DNA of 64,000 nt, taken from positions 24,666 through 88,665 of the IMG/VR virus record IMGVR_UViG_3300031369_000002; one strand, written 5' to 3'. Shown here piece by piece: positions 62,420 to 64,000 of the stretch; within the stretch, counting starts at the first letter, position 1; every line of letters begins with the position of its first letter. The position numbers and the translations under genes are program-made. Under the pieces are notes generated by a model, which was not told the origin of the DNA, searched no databases, and saw only the letters and a list, made by a program, of their open reading frames with translations. This stretch comes from a virus.

Positions 62420-63997
62420 CTACTCATACACATAAATATCTAATGGAGATTCGCCATCCTCAGAATAAGCTGTAAATACAGTCTTTTTAACAACTTTTTC
62501 ATATTGATTAAAAGCATGTTCTATAGCCCCATCATTTAAACATTTATTAAAAACTAATTTCACTCTTTTTTCATTTTTAGTATTACTAATCAATGTTATA
62601 TTATCCAAATAATCTGAAGCACTCAAAGAAGTAATAGGCACTAAAGTATTAATTCCTTCATCCACAGACAAAATAGCATAACCATTATTAATAGGCATAA
62701 TAGAAGCTTTATCACTCTCATACTTCAAATACATCTTATCAATAGTTAATTTACAAACAGTAGAATTACAAATAATTTTAGGCTCTCCATCAGGCCCTAA
62801 AGAATAATCCCCACCTGAATGATCAATTGAAATATTAGAAACATCCCTAATAATATCAAAACCACTTGCGGTCTCTCCTAACTCAATAACACCTAAATAT
62901 AATTCCTCAGCTAAACCATAATTAAAATACAATTCAAAATCTCCCGTAATAGCATCATCATCTATAGTAACATTTAATATTTCTTCCGTATCTTCACCAA
63001 TAACTATATCCGATAATAAATCTTCTAAACTAGGAGTCTTAGCCGATAATTCTAATATATTATCCTCAGGATAAGTCACATTATAATCCATCTTCAAAAT
63101 CCTAGTTTTTATATCTATTCCTAGGTCCTTATCAAAAACTTTAACATAATCCCCTAGCTTAAACACTTCATGAGACCAATCACCCAAAAACGATAAATCT
63201 GAGGCTTTAATAGTATATAAATAAGACTCTTTAGAAACCTCAGCCAATAACTCTATAGCTTTCTCCTTTAAATCCTCTGCATTAGTAAACCTTTCATCTG
63301 TTATAATACCCACTTTTACCTTACTATAATAAGTGTAATCCTCAACAAAAGGAACACCTCCATTAACTTCCGCTATAGATAATCCGTCTTTTCCATAAGG
63401 ATATAAACGAGTGATTACATCTGTGCTATCACTTTCAAGGGTAATTTCTTTCATGTTTTTCCCTGCCAAAATACCAACACCAGGATCGCCACCAACTTGA
63501 TTTAAAAAGTTAACTCTATAATTAATAAAATCAAACTCTAACTCTCCACCCCAAAAGTCAACAACAGATTTCAAGCACTCAAGAACATTCATATTACTAT
63601 TTACTTTAAAATCCCGTACTATATCTAAAAGCTCCTCAGAAATAATACCAACATCCCACTCAGTATTCCTTAATATATAAATTAAAGGAATAGCAGGATT
63701 AGAACTTTCCCAAGTAAATTCACTATAAACCCCATTCTCATCAAAGATAGATATAGGACTTATATTACCTAACTCATACCATACAGCCTCACAAAAAACA
63801 TCAACTTCCCCACCAAAATCTTTTAATTTAGATATTCTACGGATATAAAAATCTTTTCCATAAACCCTAACTTTTTTCTCATTTAAAACTTTAGATATAT
63901 TAACATCATTATAAGCTAAAGAAAAAGTAAGTTCTAAAATACCATTGACTTCCTCTTTAATAATAACATCCATAGCATATAATAAAATAAAATCCAT
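62420..63997 (-). CDS. phage tail spike/endopeptidase-like (Tal) protein, probably 5'-truncated by the window edge
   Basis: IKEEVNGILELTF, GKNMKEI, ITRLYPYGKDGLSI, NGGVPFVED, LGDYVKV. Confidence 0.85.
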   Translation of the reverse strand: MDFILLYAMDVIIKEEVNGILELTFSLAYNDVNISKVLNEKKVRVYGKDFYIRRISKLKDFGGEVDVFCEAVWYELGNISPISIFDENGVYSEFTWESSNPAIPLIYILRNTEWDVGIISEELLDIVRDFKVNSNMNVLECLKSVVDFWGGELEFDFINYRVNFLNQVGGDPGVGILAGKNMKEITLESDSTDVITRLYPYGKDGLSIAEVNGGVPFVEDYTYYSKVKVGIITDERFTNAEDLKEKAIELLAEVSKESYLYTIKASDLSFLGDWSHEVFKLGDYVKVFDKDLGIDIKTRILKMDYNVTYPEDNILELSAKTPSLEDLLSDIVIGEDTEEILNVTIDDDAITGDFELYFNYGLAEELYLGVIELGETASGFDIIRDVSNISIDHSGGDYSLGPDGEPKIICNSTVCKLTIDKMYLKYESDKASIMPINNGYAILSVDEGINTLVPITSLSASDYLDNITLISNTKNEKRVKLVFNKCLNDGAIEHAFNQYEKVVKKTVFTAYSEDGESPLDIYVYE

Positions 63998-64000
63998 TAC

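Noticed and set aside
1-64000. Stop-codon reassignment
   Set aside because: Conserved genes are full length in the standard code, and TAA, TAG and TGA all serve as gene ends

Overview
64 kb of a large, very AT-rich tailed bacteriophage genome. The likely host is a low-GC Firmicute, inferred from sigmaA-type promoters and strong GGAGG RBSs. Essentially all real genes are on the minus strand. In transcription order (right to left): end of the tail module (64-56.8 kb); lysis genes (56.8-55.6 kb); a large replication/recombination module (55-29 kb: SNF2 helicase, DnaB helicase, split DnaG primase, ATP-dependent ligase, sigma-like factor, clamp-loader delta/delta' homologs, family A polymerase, HD protein, UvsY-like, SSB, RuvC-like, RecA, DUF932, split SbcC/Rad50, SbcD, PD-(D/E)XK nuclease, DnaN clamp); then about 26 kb of small accessory genes (Bro-N, PAPS-reductase family, RyR-domain, HAD, amidoligase, DNA methyltransferase, XRE regulator, many Cys-rich mini-proteins); and a 947+ codon radical SAM fusion gene that runs off the left edge and is missing from the ORF track. 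The most novel signals are non-coding. (i) Two leaders each carry a pair of hairpins with exactly complementary 7-nt loops (predicted kissing loops). (ii) About seven stand-alone promoter-short RNA-terminator units look like phage sRNA genes. (iii) Two promoter classes suggest a transcription cascade: a sigmaA class whose -35 lies in a palindrome, and a class with a fixed 20-bp spacer that may be read by the phage sigma factor. Protein calls are from motif recognition only; no database searches were run.
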